A stretch of DNA of 63,081 nucleotides, counting the filler, from Reclinomonas americana ATCC 50394 (lineage: Eukaryota), in the NCBI GenBank assembly GCA_048213135.1. It is 7 parts of 3 records of this genome, joined end to end, with 100 filler letters (N's around TTAATTAATTAA, not from the genome) between each part and the next. Parts side by side here need not be neighbours in the genome. Positions count along the whole stretch, not along the records: positions 34,903 to 44,290 come from PS015425.1; positions 44,391 to 54,940 come from PS015425.1; 5 more parts are not named here. The stretch is one strand, 5' to 3'. Below, one piece after another: positions 40,248 through 52,246 of the stretch (within the stretch, counting starts at the first letter, position 1; every line of letters begins with the position of its first letter). Below the pieces are notes generated by a model. That model was not told the origin of the DNA and made no database searches. It saw nothing but the letters and a program-made list of their open reading frames with translations. The position numbers were made by a program, and so were the translations under genes.

Positions 40248-43200
40248 TCACAAGTGATGCCGATGCAGGCGCACGGCAAAGCCGGTCGTGTGCGACGACG
40301 ACAATGGCCGCGGTGAGTTGGCGGTGAGCGGGGGCTTGCCGGTCGTCGAGGTGCCAGTGGAGGTGAACTGTGCGACAGGAGGGAGAAAGTGCGTTGTGAG
40401 CTCACCGGGAATAGGGAAAGAGAGACATAAATTTCTGCAATTGTTGTGACAGCGCACAAAAAGAACAAAAGGAAGGAGAAGTTTAACGGAGGAGCAGGAG
40501 AATGAACGGGACCGTTCCTTCTGTCTCTTGTTGACGCGCTTACTTTCGCCAATCAATGGAAACCCAGAGCCACCGCATCGCAACGGCAACGAAGAAGAAC
40601 AGATGATGCACAATATAGAAGAGAAAGAAAGAAGCACGAGAGCAAGACCATATGAAGGAGAAAGGAAGAAGATGAGTCAGCATTCGCGAGGGTGTTGGCA
40701 TCTCTGATGTCTCCCTCTGTTTGTCAAAAAGCAATCTGCTGCACCGATGCTGATGATGTCGTTGATGACGATTGACAAGAAGATGAAGAAGTTCAAGTGC
40801 CAAGGCCAAAAGTAATCGCAAGAAACTTTTCACCGAAGGCGAAAGAAGAAGACAAACCGCCAGCGAGGGCACATTGGCGCCTTCTGCAGAAAGATCTCTC
40901 TCTGTGACTGGCGATGACGATCAGAAAGAAAAAAAGAGAAAGGACAACAGCAACAACAGCAAGATGAACAAGACCAGCAATAGAAGCAGAAAACAATCAA
41001 GCAATGGCGGAGAACGAGAAGTATGGCGTCGGATGCAAAGCACAGCAAAGATCTTAATGTCTCTCACTCTAGGTTAAAATGCACGCGCTACACCGACTGC
41101 TGATGATTCCGGGAGACAATCAAGAGAAAGAATAATAGGAAGGAGAACAGCAACACCAGCGGCAAAATAGCAATCCAGCAGTTGCAGAAGGAGCAGCTCT
41201 CTAAATCAACAAGACAAAACAGCAACAGCACACAGGAATCAAGAACAAACCAGAAAATGGAACAAGAAACAATCACTCTTTCCCACTCCCTCCCCCTTCC
41301 CTCTTCACGCACCTCCTGCCCCTCCACTCCCTCCCTCCTCGGCGACGGCAACCGCGGCAACGACTTGCGCTGCTCATCCGTGCTAAACGTACGCGGCCTC
41401 GCCCCGACGTGATGCGTCGCCGGTCGCGCCTGCCCATGCTGGTCGCCCTGATCGTACGAGTCCGTGGCGTGCGAAAGCAGCGCTGGATCCCCGACTGACT
41501 GCGGTCGCGGACTCGGCAGTGGCGGTCGTCGGGCACCACTGCCGCTTCCGTGAGCAATCGACGGCAGCGAGTCGTACCGACTGCTGCTGGTGGAGCGCGA
41601 CGATTGCGGTCGTGGGGACGCTTCCGCATCACCGTCACCCTGCGTATCCCTACGTCGCACTCGCAGACAGAACGACGGCTTGTGAGGTGGTGGTTCTTCG
41701 TGGGTCTTGCGTCGTCGTGTTTGCTGGGCGAAGAATTCAGCATTGGAATAGAGAGAGATTTTTTGCCACAAGACTCACCTTGCGCGACGTGAGGAATCCC
41801 GACGACACCGTTCCGGGTGCGATATCCTGATCGGCGGCTGCGGCAGTGGCGGCCACGGCGGCCGACGAGGACGCCTGGAATCGTCGACTTCGAGCACTAC
41901 ACGAACAACACATGAGCGCTCCTCAACCCCCATCACTCGCCTGCTTCTGCGATTTTCCTCACCTCCTCGGCATCTCCAGTGGCGTTCCGTCATTGTAACG
42001 CTCCCTCGGCCGGTGCGGGTTCACCGCCAGCGGCACACCGTCGCCAGTGTACGGCAGCGACACTTGCACGGCCGAGTCGACGTTACTGCTCGCGGCGGTC
42101 GGCTCCTTCGGCGCTCGCGGCAACGCACTGCCTACCAGTCGCAACGCCGTGGGATCGTCGTCGTGGTCCATCATGGAGTCGCCGAAATCCCAGTCTGCAG
42201 CCTCCGTCACGGGCACATTGACGAACTGCATCGCCGCTGTGGTGGCCTTCATCACCACTGAAACGACAAACAAGAAGAAAATAAGCTCAAGTGCACCATG
42301 CACCACTGAGTATCAAAATGGCGGAGGCACGCAACTGGGCACCAACTTGCGCCCCACCACGGGCGACAGTGGGTGGGCGGGATCGCCAGCCCACGAGTAC
42401 GCTGTACCATTCTGGTTCACCGCCGTCAGATCCAAGTGCAGATCCTGTTGTCGCAGCAGCAGTGCGCTACCGATCCGTGAACTCCGCTTCCCCACCTCCT
42501 CATCCTCCTCGTCCCCGGGGAACAGATCGTCGTCGTCATCATCATCATCATCGTCCTCACCCTCATCGTCGTCGATATTGTCGTCATGCTCCTCCGCCTC
42601 GTCGTCGTCAAACACAAAGTGCTGCTCGACATTGAGGTCGTCCATGTCGGGGAACGCGTCCAGTGCATCGGCTGCTGCCGAGTTGAAGGGTGGCATGGAG
42701 GCCGCAATGGAGGCCGCCGCCGCCTCCTCCGCCGACAAGCGCGTTTGCGAGGCCGTCACTGCGCGCGGTCGCGGTGTGCTCTGCGCCACGAGTGGTGCCG
42801 GTCGCGACTGCTGCTGCTCAAAGTTGTGCGCCGGCCGCTGATTACCGGTGCCGACGGTCGCTGGGCGCTTTGCGGCCGCTGGTAGCAGCGGAACACCCAC
42901 AATCGCCTCTTCCTCGCCACCCTTCAGTGTCGGCTGCATCGAGCGTCGCAACGGCGCGGGTGGGAAGAGGCGACCGAGGGCCTTCAAATCGTGGTACGGC
43001 TTCACGGTCTGCTGGTCGAACGGCAGGAAGGTCGAGAAGGTGCCGGGCGGCACGTAACCAGCGACGCCCTCCAGTCCATCAACAAACGGGCGTGTGCTGG
43101 CCGGGCTCATCAACGCAGCACCAGCCACCGTCATGGTCGCGTGCTGCGACACAAAGGCGGTCTTGTTGGTCGTGTCCACCAGCAGTGCCGGCGAGTGCGC

Positions 43201-46057
43201 AGCTGGCTTCCCTCCGCCAGCACCACCGGCGCCGTGGTGTGCTCCTCCGTCGCCTGCCGAGGTGGCCGACGAGGTTTGCACGCGAACCGAGGCTGGCAGT
43301 GATTGCTGAGGGTCGGCTTGCGAGGAGGTAGCCGACGCGGCACTCGACAGGTGAGCGCTGTGAGTGCCCGACAGAGCCGCACTACCGCGATACTGGCGGG
43401 TGGGTGAATTGCGTGCCGAGGCGGGCTCGCTCATGCTGATCCAGTGGTCGCGATCCTCAGTGTCGGCAAGCGACGTGGCCTGCGACGAAGCGGTGGCCCA
43501 CGGAGCGCGCTGCTGCTTGCGATCCATGACGGCAAAGTATGCGTCGAGTGGCACAGCCGCTTGCGACATGGGCGAGCGTGGTGATGGTGGATCCGAGTGA
43601 GTCGGCGATCCGGGCGCCGAGGCCGACGATTGGCCAAAGTGTCCAAATCTCCTCTCTCCTCGCGCCCCTGCAGTCTGTGACAGCGCACCCGCTTCACCAT
43701 CGTCCTCTGCGCCGTCGGTGTTCGCGGCGGTGCCTTGCCCTGCTGCAGCTGCGCCAGTCAGTGGTCTCTTGAGCACGAAATTGTCCACCATTTGCGCAGG
43801 GTCGGCGGGTCGTCGAATGTCGCTGGCGTGCACGCGTTGACGCTCCTGCAGGAGGCGCGCGAGGGTTATTATCTTTGCGCAAGGGAAGAGGAAGCTCTCT
43901 TCAGGTAACTCACCCCGGTGGAGACCGAAATGGAGGGGGCGCGTTGGCGGACAACCGAGTCCTCATGAGGCACCAGCGAAGAGGTCTGCCCAAGTGATTC
44001 GGGTTCAGGGTCTGGCTCGGCGGCAGCAAGCGGCGAGGATGGACTCGGTGGTCGGAGCATCGGCACTGGCGGTGTCTGTGGAACACCAGCGCTCTCCAGT
44101 TCGGCCGTCGCCGCCTCGGCGGCAGCAATTGCCGACTGTGGATCGTGCAACTCTACAGCGAGTCACCGTGAGTGGCGCAGATAAATCGATGATGATTGGT
44201 TGTGTCAACTCACTGGGAATGGTGAGAATGCTGTCGACGGCACTCAGTTCCGGCATGTCACTCGGCAGATACTGTGAGCATGCGGAGATTNNNNNNNNNN
44301 NNNNNNNNNNNNNNNNNNNNNNNNNNNNNNNNNNTTAATTAATTAANNNNNNNNNNNNNNNNNNNNNNNNNNNNNNNNNNNNNNNNNNNNACGCACGTGT
44401 GTGAGAGGCTACAAATTGGTACTGCACGAATGATGGCGCGCAACTGCCACGTATTTGGAGTCGCCAGCAGGTGCCGGCACATGCGGCGTCTCGTTCGGTT
44501 CAGCGAGGCACAGTAGTCGTCGAGCATAACGGCACAGGTCCTCGGAGACCTCTCGCAGCGCACGCGAAACAGAGACGCGCATCGATGGGTCGATGGGTTT
44601 CGACATGGCCTCCTCCATCAGCGCCAGCAGTCCGGCCTCCGCAAAGTGCTTCTCTGCCAGCAGCATCGGGTGCTCCGGTGACGGTGGCGCTTCTCGTGCC
44701 TCACCCTCGCGGGAGGCAACACTCACTGAGCCGCGGGAGGCTACATCGCGGAAAATGTAAGGAACTGACTCGATTCGCAGGTGAGCACTCAAACAGTACC
44801 TTTTCTGCGCTTGTCTCCTTTCCGTGGTCCTTCGACTCGGATGGTGGCCGGCGCAGTGCGCGGTCTCTCTGGCGCATCAGAAGCGGCAACTTTCAGTAAT
44901 GATGATGGTGGCGCTGCTGCTGCTGCTGCTGAAGGCGGAATAGAGAGCATTGGCGCGACGCTCGGCTGCGGTCCTCTCGGCGTCTTGACACTGGCGGGTG
45001 CGATTCCACTCCACTGCGTCTGCTGAGGCTGCGCGTCACGCCACGGCGAGTGGCGCAGTCGATCGATGAGTGCCTCGCGCTGCAGTCCCTCTCGCCTCCG
45101 CTCGGCACTGTCCGGTCGCGGCGAACCAACGTGCATGGGTGCGGTGGGGGTGGTGGAGGCGAGGCTGGCGGAGAGCGGGCGGTTGTTGAAGGGTGGATGG
45201 TCCGGGAGGAAGGGACTCACTGGGGTGGTGGGAGAGGGGAGGAGGTGAGGAGAGGTGAGGAGAAGCGAGAGGGAGAGGAGAGGAGAGGAGAGGAGAGGAG
45301 AGAGAGGAGAGGAGAGGAGAGGAGAGGAGAGGAGAGGAGAAGCGAGATGGAGAGGAGAGGAGAGGAGAGGAGAGGGAAGAAATCGGCAGGAGAATGGAGG
45401 AGAGCAGAGGAGAGGGAGGAGAGGTAGAGAAGGAGAGAGAGAAGACTGGGCGAGTACACACGCGAGACAGTTCACTCAAATGAGGAAGGAAAGGAAAGAA
45501 GGAGAGGAAGGTGAGGAGAGGGAGGAGAGAGGAGGCACATGCGAAGCATAAGACGCACACGAGCACTGTGCTTCCAGTCGTCCTCACAACCACTCGCACA
45601 AACAAACGCATCTCAAAGAGAGAAAGAGAGAGAGAGAGGGAAGAGTGGGAGAAGAGGAGCTTTCCATACACCATGCGCTGTGCTTCTAGCCATCCTCACA
45701 ACCACTCGCGCACACACGCATTACACAAAGAGAGAGAGGCAGTCTCCTCTTGTCTCTCCACGAGTGACACCTTGGGTGTCGCACTCTCTGTGCGTGTGCT
45801 CATGTTCGGATTCATCTTCTCTCACCTCTCGACATCTCGCCCTCATCCTGATCCGCGCCCACCACTCCGCTGACGCCCACCACACTCAACGCCGGCACCT
45901 CCTCCCTCTGCACCCCAACAATCGATCCTGCTCGCGCCTGAGTCAGTGCCTGCACCTGGCGCCTTCGTGCCAACTCGCGCAGCTCTTCACGCGACGAGCT
46001 GCCACTCCCTGTGCGTCCTGCGGGCGCCGTGGTCTCAGCGCCGACTGTGTCACCCAT
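40248..46057 (-). CDS. Large low-complexity Ser/Pro/Ala-rich hypothetical protein spanning a spacer
   Basis: Chain of in-frame GT-AG exons, including a ~1.5-kb open exon at 42336-43846. Treating it as one gene across the 44335 spacer is inference. Confidence 0.6.
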
Positions 46058-46556
46058 GTCGCTGATGTTCTCTCGTCAAACACCCCAAAATCAACGGCCT
46101 TGAAATTCCAACTGGTTGCTTGTATCTCACCAATTTGCGAGAAATAGTCAAGTGAAGAGAAGGAGGAGAAGAGAGAGAGAAAGAGAGAGAGTAGGAAGAG
46201 AAGGAGGGTATGAAGAAAAGGCGAGAAGAGGGGAGTGTGTGAGTGATGAGATCGGTGATGTGTCTTGTGGTAGAGAGTGTGGAGAGAAGAGTGATGTCAT
46301 CAGCGAGTGGACGTGATGGGCGAGTGANNNNNNNNNNNNNNNNNNNNNNNNNNNNNNNNNNNNNNNNNNNNNNNNNNNNNNNNNNNNNNNNNNNNNNNNN
46401 NNNNNNNNNNNNNNNNNNNNNNNNNNNNNNNNNNNNNNNNNNNNNNNNNNNNNNNNNNNNNNNNNNNNNNNNNNNNNNNNNNNNNNNNNNNNNNNNNNNN
46501 NNNNNNNNNNNNNNNNNNNNNNNNNNNNNNNNNNNNNNNNNNNNNNNNNNNNNNNN

Positions 46557-46676
<120 letters not shown>

Positions 46677-46973
46677 CTTGATGATGTTGTCATCGTTGGC
46701 GAGCTGTGTCCAATGACAAGGACGGTGCGAGTCATAGGTTCTGTGGTGTGCAAGGTGCAAGGTGTGAGGCATCAAGCCGAGATATGTCAACACGTCGGTG
46801 GAGATCTGATCAGCTCGAGAAGAAAGAGACGGATCGACAGATTCATTCCAGCTGCAGTGTATGGGCGAGGACAGTGGGCAGCCGAATGGCAGTCGAGGTT
46901 GGTGACTGGAATGATGTTGCGAGTGGATCCGTGAGTTAACTGTTGCTTGTGTGCTTCTTCTGTCAATGTGCAG

Positions 46974-48040
46974 ATCGGCGAGTGCGTTTCGATGAAAGTG
47001 CGCTGGCACTGGTTGTCAGTGCGGGCGACTCGAGCCTGCGCACACGACGGCAACGTGCGCGACGAACTCACCCACGTGTTTGTCGCTCTCGGCGTGCACA
47101 GGCATCGTCGGTGGTGAGTGTGAGTGTGCAGAGAGAGCGTTATGTAAATCCTGTTGCGTGTGTGCGTTTCTTGGGAGCTTCTCCAAGTTTTCTTTGTATG
47201 TGTTGTTGTTGTTGCTGACCTGTCTCTCTGGTGGCCTGTGTGGTGTGTACATTCGCACAGTCGGAGGTGAGTGGTGGTGCGCTGTGTGTCGAGTGTGTTG
47301 AATTGATTGAAATCAACGTTGTGTGTGTTTTTTTGTTTGTGTGGCTGCGTGTTTGTGCTTGGTGCACAGTTGTCCGACGAGGCGGGCGACTTGAAGGTGC
47401 GTAGAGGCAGACGTTGCTCGTGTTTGCTCTCTTCAGTCGACTTACATTGTGTCGTTGTTACACTGTGGATGCGCGCAGCTGGTGAGTTGTTCTCTGTTTG
47501 TGTGTGCGCGTGTGTGTTGTGCTTTGAACCTGACCCACGTTTCACGTGCAGGCGCTGGAGGAGTCGCGGATGGAGTTACAGAAGAAGGAGGCAGAGTACG
47601 TCGAAGCACTGAAGAAGAAGGATGTGGAGGTGGAGGAAAAGCTGCGCGCGAAGGACGCAGAGGCCGAGGTGCGAGTGCTGCAAGCGGCGCTGCGTGAGAA
47701 GAACGCGGAGGCCGAGGCGCGAGCGCTGCAAGCGGCGCTGCGTGAGCAGATCATGGTTTGTGATCGGGTGTTTCATCCCTTGTGTTTGGTCGAACTGTTG
47801 ACTGATCGCCCTCTCCTCTCCTTCCCCTTGTTCTTGAAACGGTAGTGCTTGTTTCTCAGCGAGCAAATGCTGGAGATGATGGCGCGCGTTTCCGAGCGTC
47901 GCTTGCAGGCTGCAGTCTTGGTGTCGCGCACGGAAGAGTGGGCGGCGGCTGAGCTGGTTCGCGTCGAGCGGGAGCTCCAGCAGGACGAGGCCACGCTGGA
48001 GCGCTTGCGTGCTGAGCTCGACAAGCTCAAGCGTGCTTGA
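46974..48040 (+). CDS. Coiled-coil protein with micro-exons, copy A (start uncertain)
   Basis: Phase-0 exons splice to ASSV|SE|LSDEAGDLK|L|ALEESRMELQKKEAEYVEALKKK...ELDKLKRA*. Confidence 0.7.
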
Positions 48041-49064
48041 GTTGGTCTTCGGCAGCGAGGACCATGAATGCACAAGCACATAACTGTGCTTGTTGTCGTT
48101 ATCTGTCGATGACGACACACCCTTTCTCTGTTGTATTCTCCCTCTTTCTGGAGATCTCTGTGTTGTGTTATTTTCTTTCACGTCTCGTCAGCTCACATGT
48201 TTTCACGGGAGTGTATCTGTGCACTGTCGACGCACAACTGCAGAGAGTAACTCTTGTTGTTTTTGTGTCTGCGGCTGGCAACTGACGTCGACCGCGTACG
48301 CATCATTGGTAGCAATTTACTTTCGGTTTGGTTGTGCCCGTTGGTGGTGCTGCACACGACAAGTGGTTGGTGGAGAGACTCGAAACCCATTGTCCAGATC
48401 GCAGCGCGCGCGATCGATATCATGATCATTCCCCAGTCGTAGTCGCTTGTTGACGTACTCATGTGCCTCGCCGACTAGGATCACGAGACTGAATAAAAGC
48501 AACGCTTCTCAAGAAACTTGGAATCAATGTACAGTAACTGCGATCGAATTCACTTTTTGCAAACAATTGCGCTGCTGCTGCAGTTGCTGGAAGGATGGTA
48601 TGTAAACAACAAGAAGCACGACAACCGCCGCATACAAATAAACCAAACAGGTGAACGACCGGCGAACTGCTTTCGTCCTGGGTGGTTGGTGTCCCATGAA
48701 AAGTTTGTCTCTGTCTTCGTACTCGAATAGTGAGCGTGAACTCGCTCGCACGCCTGTGTCTCCTTCCGTGCTCCCTGTGTGTTGCTGTGAGTCACCAGCT
48801 GTTGGGAATGTCAGTCGCTGTCCACTCTCTCGGTGGTGGCAATTGTTGCACACAAAGGATAGTGATTGGAGAAGGGAGAAGAGAAGGAGGAGGAGGAGGN
48901 NNNNNNNNNNNNNNNNNNNNNNNNNNNNNNNNNNNNNNNNNNNNNNNNNNNNNNNNNNNNNNNNNNNNNNNNNNNNNNNNNNNNNNNNNNNNNNNNNNNN
49001 NNNNNNNNNTGCTCGCCTTTCACGACGAACTCACCCACGTGTTTGTCGCTCTCGGCGTGCACAG

Positions 49065-50072
49065 GCATCGTCGGCGGTGAGTGTGAGTGTGCAGAGAGAG
49101 CGTTATGTAAATCCTGTTGCGTGTGTGCGTTTCTTGGGAGCTTCTTCAATTTTTCTTTGTTTGTGTTGTTGTTGTTGTTGTTGCTGACGTGTCTCTCTGG
49201 TGACCTGTGTGGTGTGTACACACGCACAGTCGGAGGTGAGTGGTGGTGCGCTGTGTGCAGTGTGTTGGATTGATTGAAATCAACTTTGTGTGTGTATTTT
49301 TGTTTGTGTGTTTGCGTGTTTGTGTTTGGTGCACAGTTGTCCGACGAGGCGGGCGACTTGAAGGCGCGTAGAGGCAGACTTTGGCACGTGTTTGCACTCT
49401 CCAGTTGACTCACATTGTGTCGTTGTTGCACTGTGGATGCACGCAGCTGGTGAGTTGTTCTCTGCTTGTTTGCGCGTGTATGTTGTGCTTTGATACCTGT
49501 ATTGTTCCTGACCCACGTTTCACGTGCAGGCGCTGGAGGAGTCGCGGATGGAGTTGCAGAAGAAGGAGGCAGAGTACGTCGAAGCACTGAAGAAGAAGGA
49601 TGTGGAGGTGGAGGAAAAGCTGCGCGCGAAGGACGCAGAGGCCGAGGTGCGAGTGCTGCAAGCGGCGCTGCGTGAGAAGAACGCGGAGGCCGAGGTGCGA
49701 GTGCTGCAAGCGGCGCTGCGTGAGAAGAACGCGGAGGCCGAGGCGCGAGCGCTGCAAGCGGCGCTGCGTGAGCAGAAGCAGATCATGGTTTGTGATCGGG
49801 TGTTTCATCCCTTGTGTTTGGTCGAACTGTTGACTGATCGCCGTCTCGTCTCCTTCCCCTTGTTCTTGAAACGGTAGTGCTTGTTTCTCGGCGAGCAAAT
49901 GATGGAGATGATGGCGCGCATCTCCGAGCGTCGCTTGCAGGCTGCAGTCTTGGTGTCGCGCACGGACGAGTTGGTGGCGGCTGAGCTGGTCCGCGTCGAG
50001 CGAGAGCTCCAGCAGGACGAGGCCACACTGGAGCGCTTGCGTGCTGAGCTCGACAAGCACAAGCGTGCTTGA
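49065..50072 (+). CDS. Coiled-coil protein with micro-exons, copy B (5' end in gap)
   Basis: Near-identical tandem duplicate of copy A, introns included, with one extra 48-nt (16-aa EAEVRVLQAALREKNA) unit. Confidence 0.7.
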
Positions 50073-51369
50073 GATGGTCTTCGGCAGCGAGGACCATGAA
50101 TGCACAAGCACACAACTGTGCTTGTTGTCGCTATCTGTCGATGACGACGCACTCTTTTTTTGTTTTTACATATTCTCCCTCTTTCATTGCGACGTTTTTT
50201 TTCTCTCTATTCTTATGACTTGAGTTTCAGGGACGTGCGACGGTACTCCTCTTCAGCTACGCACACGCGAGTATAACTGTTGAACCCTGCTCTCAATGTT
50301 CATCTGTGAGATTTAGAGGTAGTGGAACAATTTCAGTCTTTGTTTGTGATACTACACAAGGATGATTCGGAAAGCATTCATCTGTGCACCGTTGGCCTCT
50401 CAACTCACAGACTGTGATCGATGTTCATCAAGCGTCTACAACAACCAGCAAACAAGCAACATGTAATATACAGTTATGTGAGCGCCGAGGAGCAGCAGCA
50501 GCAGCAACATGGAGGAGAAGGACGAGGTCAACAAGGAGGAGGAGACGAGTCGTTGGCACTGAGAAAGACACGCACCACTCTGCTGAGTCTGCACAAGGCA
50601 ATATCACCATTCGCGGAATTTCACACCATATACCTGTACCACCACCGCACTGATTGGAAGAGAGCGANNNNNNNNNNNNNNNNNNNNNNNNNNNNNNNNN
50701 NNNNNNNNNNNNNNNNNNNNNNNNNNNNNNNNNNNNNNNNNNNNNNNNNNNNNNNNNNNNNNNNNNNNNNNNNNNNNNNNNNNNNNNNNNNNNNNNNNNN
50801 NNNNNNNNNNNNNNNNNNNNNNNNNNNNNNNNNNNNNNNNNNNNNNNNNNNNNNNNNNNNNNNNNNNNNNNNNNNNNNNNNNNNNNNNNNNNNNNNNNNN
50901 NNNNNNNNNNNNNNNNNNNNNNNNNNNNNNNNNNNNNNNNNNNNNNNNNNNNNNNNNNNNNNNNNNNNNNNNNNNNNNNNNNNNNNNNNNNNNNNNNNNN
51001 NNNNNNNNNNNNNNNNNNNNNNNNNNNNNNNNNNNNNNNNNNNNNNNNNNNNNNNNNNNNNNNNNNNNNNNNNNNNNNNNNNNNNNNNNNNNNNNNNNNN
51101 NNNNNNNNNNNNNNNNNNNNNNNNNNNNNNNNNNNNNNNNNNNNNNNNNNNNNNNNNNNNNNNNNNNNNNNNNNNNNNNNNNNNNNNNNNNNNNNNNNNN
51201 NNNNNNNNNNNNNNNNNNNNNNNNNNNNNNNNNNNNNNNNNNNNNNNNNNNNNNNNNNNNNNNNNNNNNNNNNNNNNNNNNNNNNGAGGCACATCTCCCC
51301 TCTCCCTCTCTCTATTCTCACCGCGTCACCATCGGCAATCAACAGACCACCAGTCGATCGCGAGGAAGG

Positions 51370-51600
51370 ATGAGCGCCGAGGAGCAGCAGCAACAGCAGC
51401 AACAAGGAGGAGGAGGTCAACAAGGAGGAGGAGATGAGTCGTCGGCATTGGGAAGGCGTGCGTCGTTGGTGTTTCAGAACCCGTTGCGCGCGGGTGGAAC
51501 GGGCAGTGGAGAGCTGGGCGTCGATCAGCTGTTTGAGATGTGGTTGGTGAGTGAGTGTGTGTGTGTGTGCGAAATTGATGTGTGGAGTCGCTGTGCATGA

Positions 51601-51654
<54 letters not shown>

Positions 51655-52205
51655 CGCGCGACTGTGTGCGTGTTTGTGTTCGTGCGAGTGATTGTTGTGC
51701 GGAGTAATTGGCGTGTTTTCATGGTGTTATCCCTCACTCTCTCTCTCTCACACACATACTTTCTCTCTTACACACACACACACACACACTCTCTCTCTCT
51801 CTGTGATGCGTTTGCACGAGTGTGATTGTGAGAACGACCGGGAACACATTGCATATGTGTGTATTGCGAGTCTCTCTCTCTCTGTCTCTCACTCTTTCTC
51901 TCACACTTCTCTCTGTCTCTTTCTCACACACACACTCTCTCCCTCTTTGTCTGTGTGCTCACGCGCATGTAACTGTGAGCGACGTTGAATATCGCGCTCA
52001 CTCTGTTCCTCTCATGTTGTGCTGTTATCGCCTTCTCCTCTCCCTTTTCCTCTCTCTCTCTCTCCCTCCCTCTTCTCTTTGTGGCGTGTGGAAGTGTGAG
52101 AATGAATGCATGTGAAGAGCGCATGGCGTGTGTTCTTTGTTGTCAGTGAGACCTTTTGGCGTGAGTGAGCGATGATGTGTACGTGTGTGCGTGCGTGAGA
52201 ATGAG

Positions 52206-52246
<41 letters not shown>

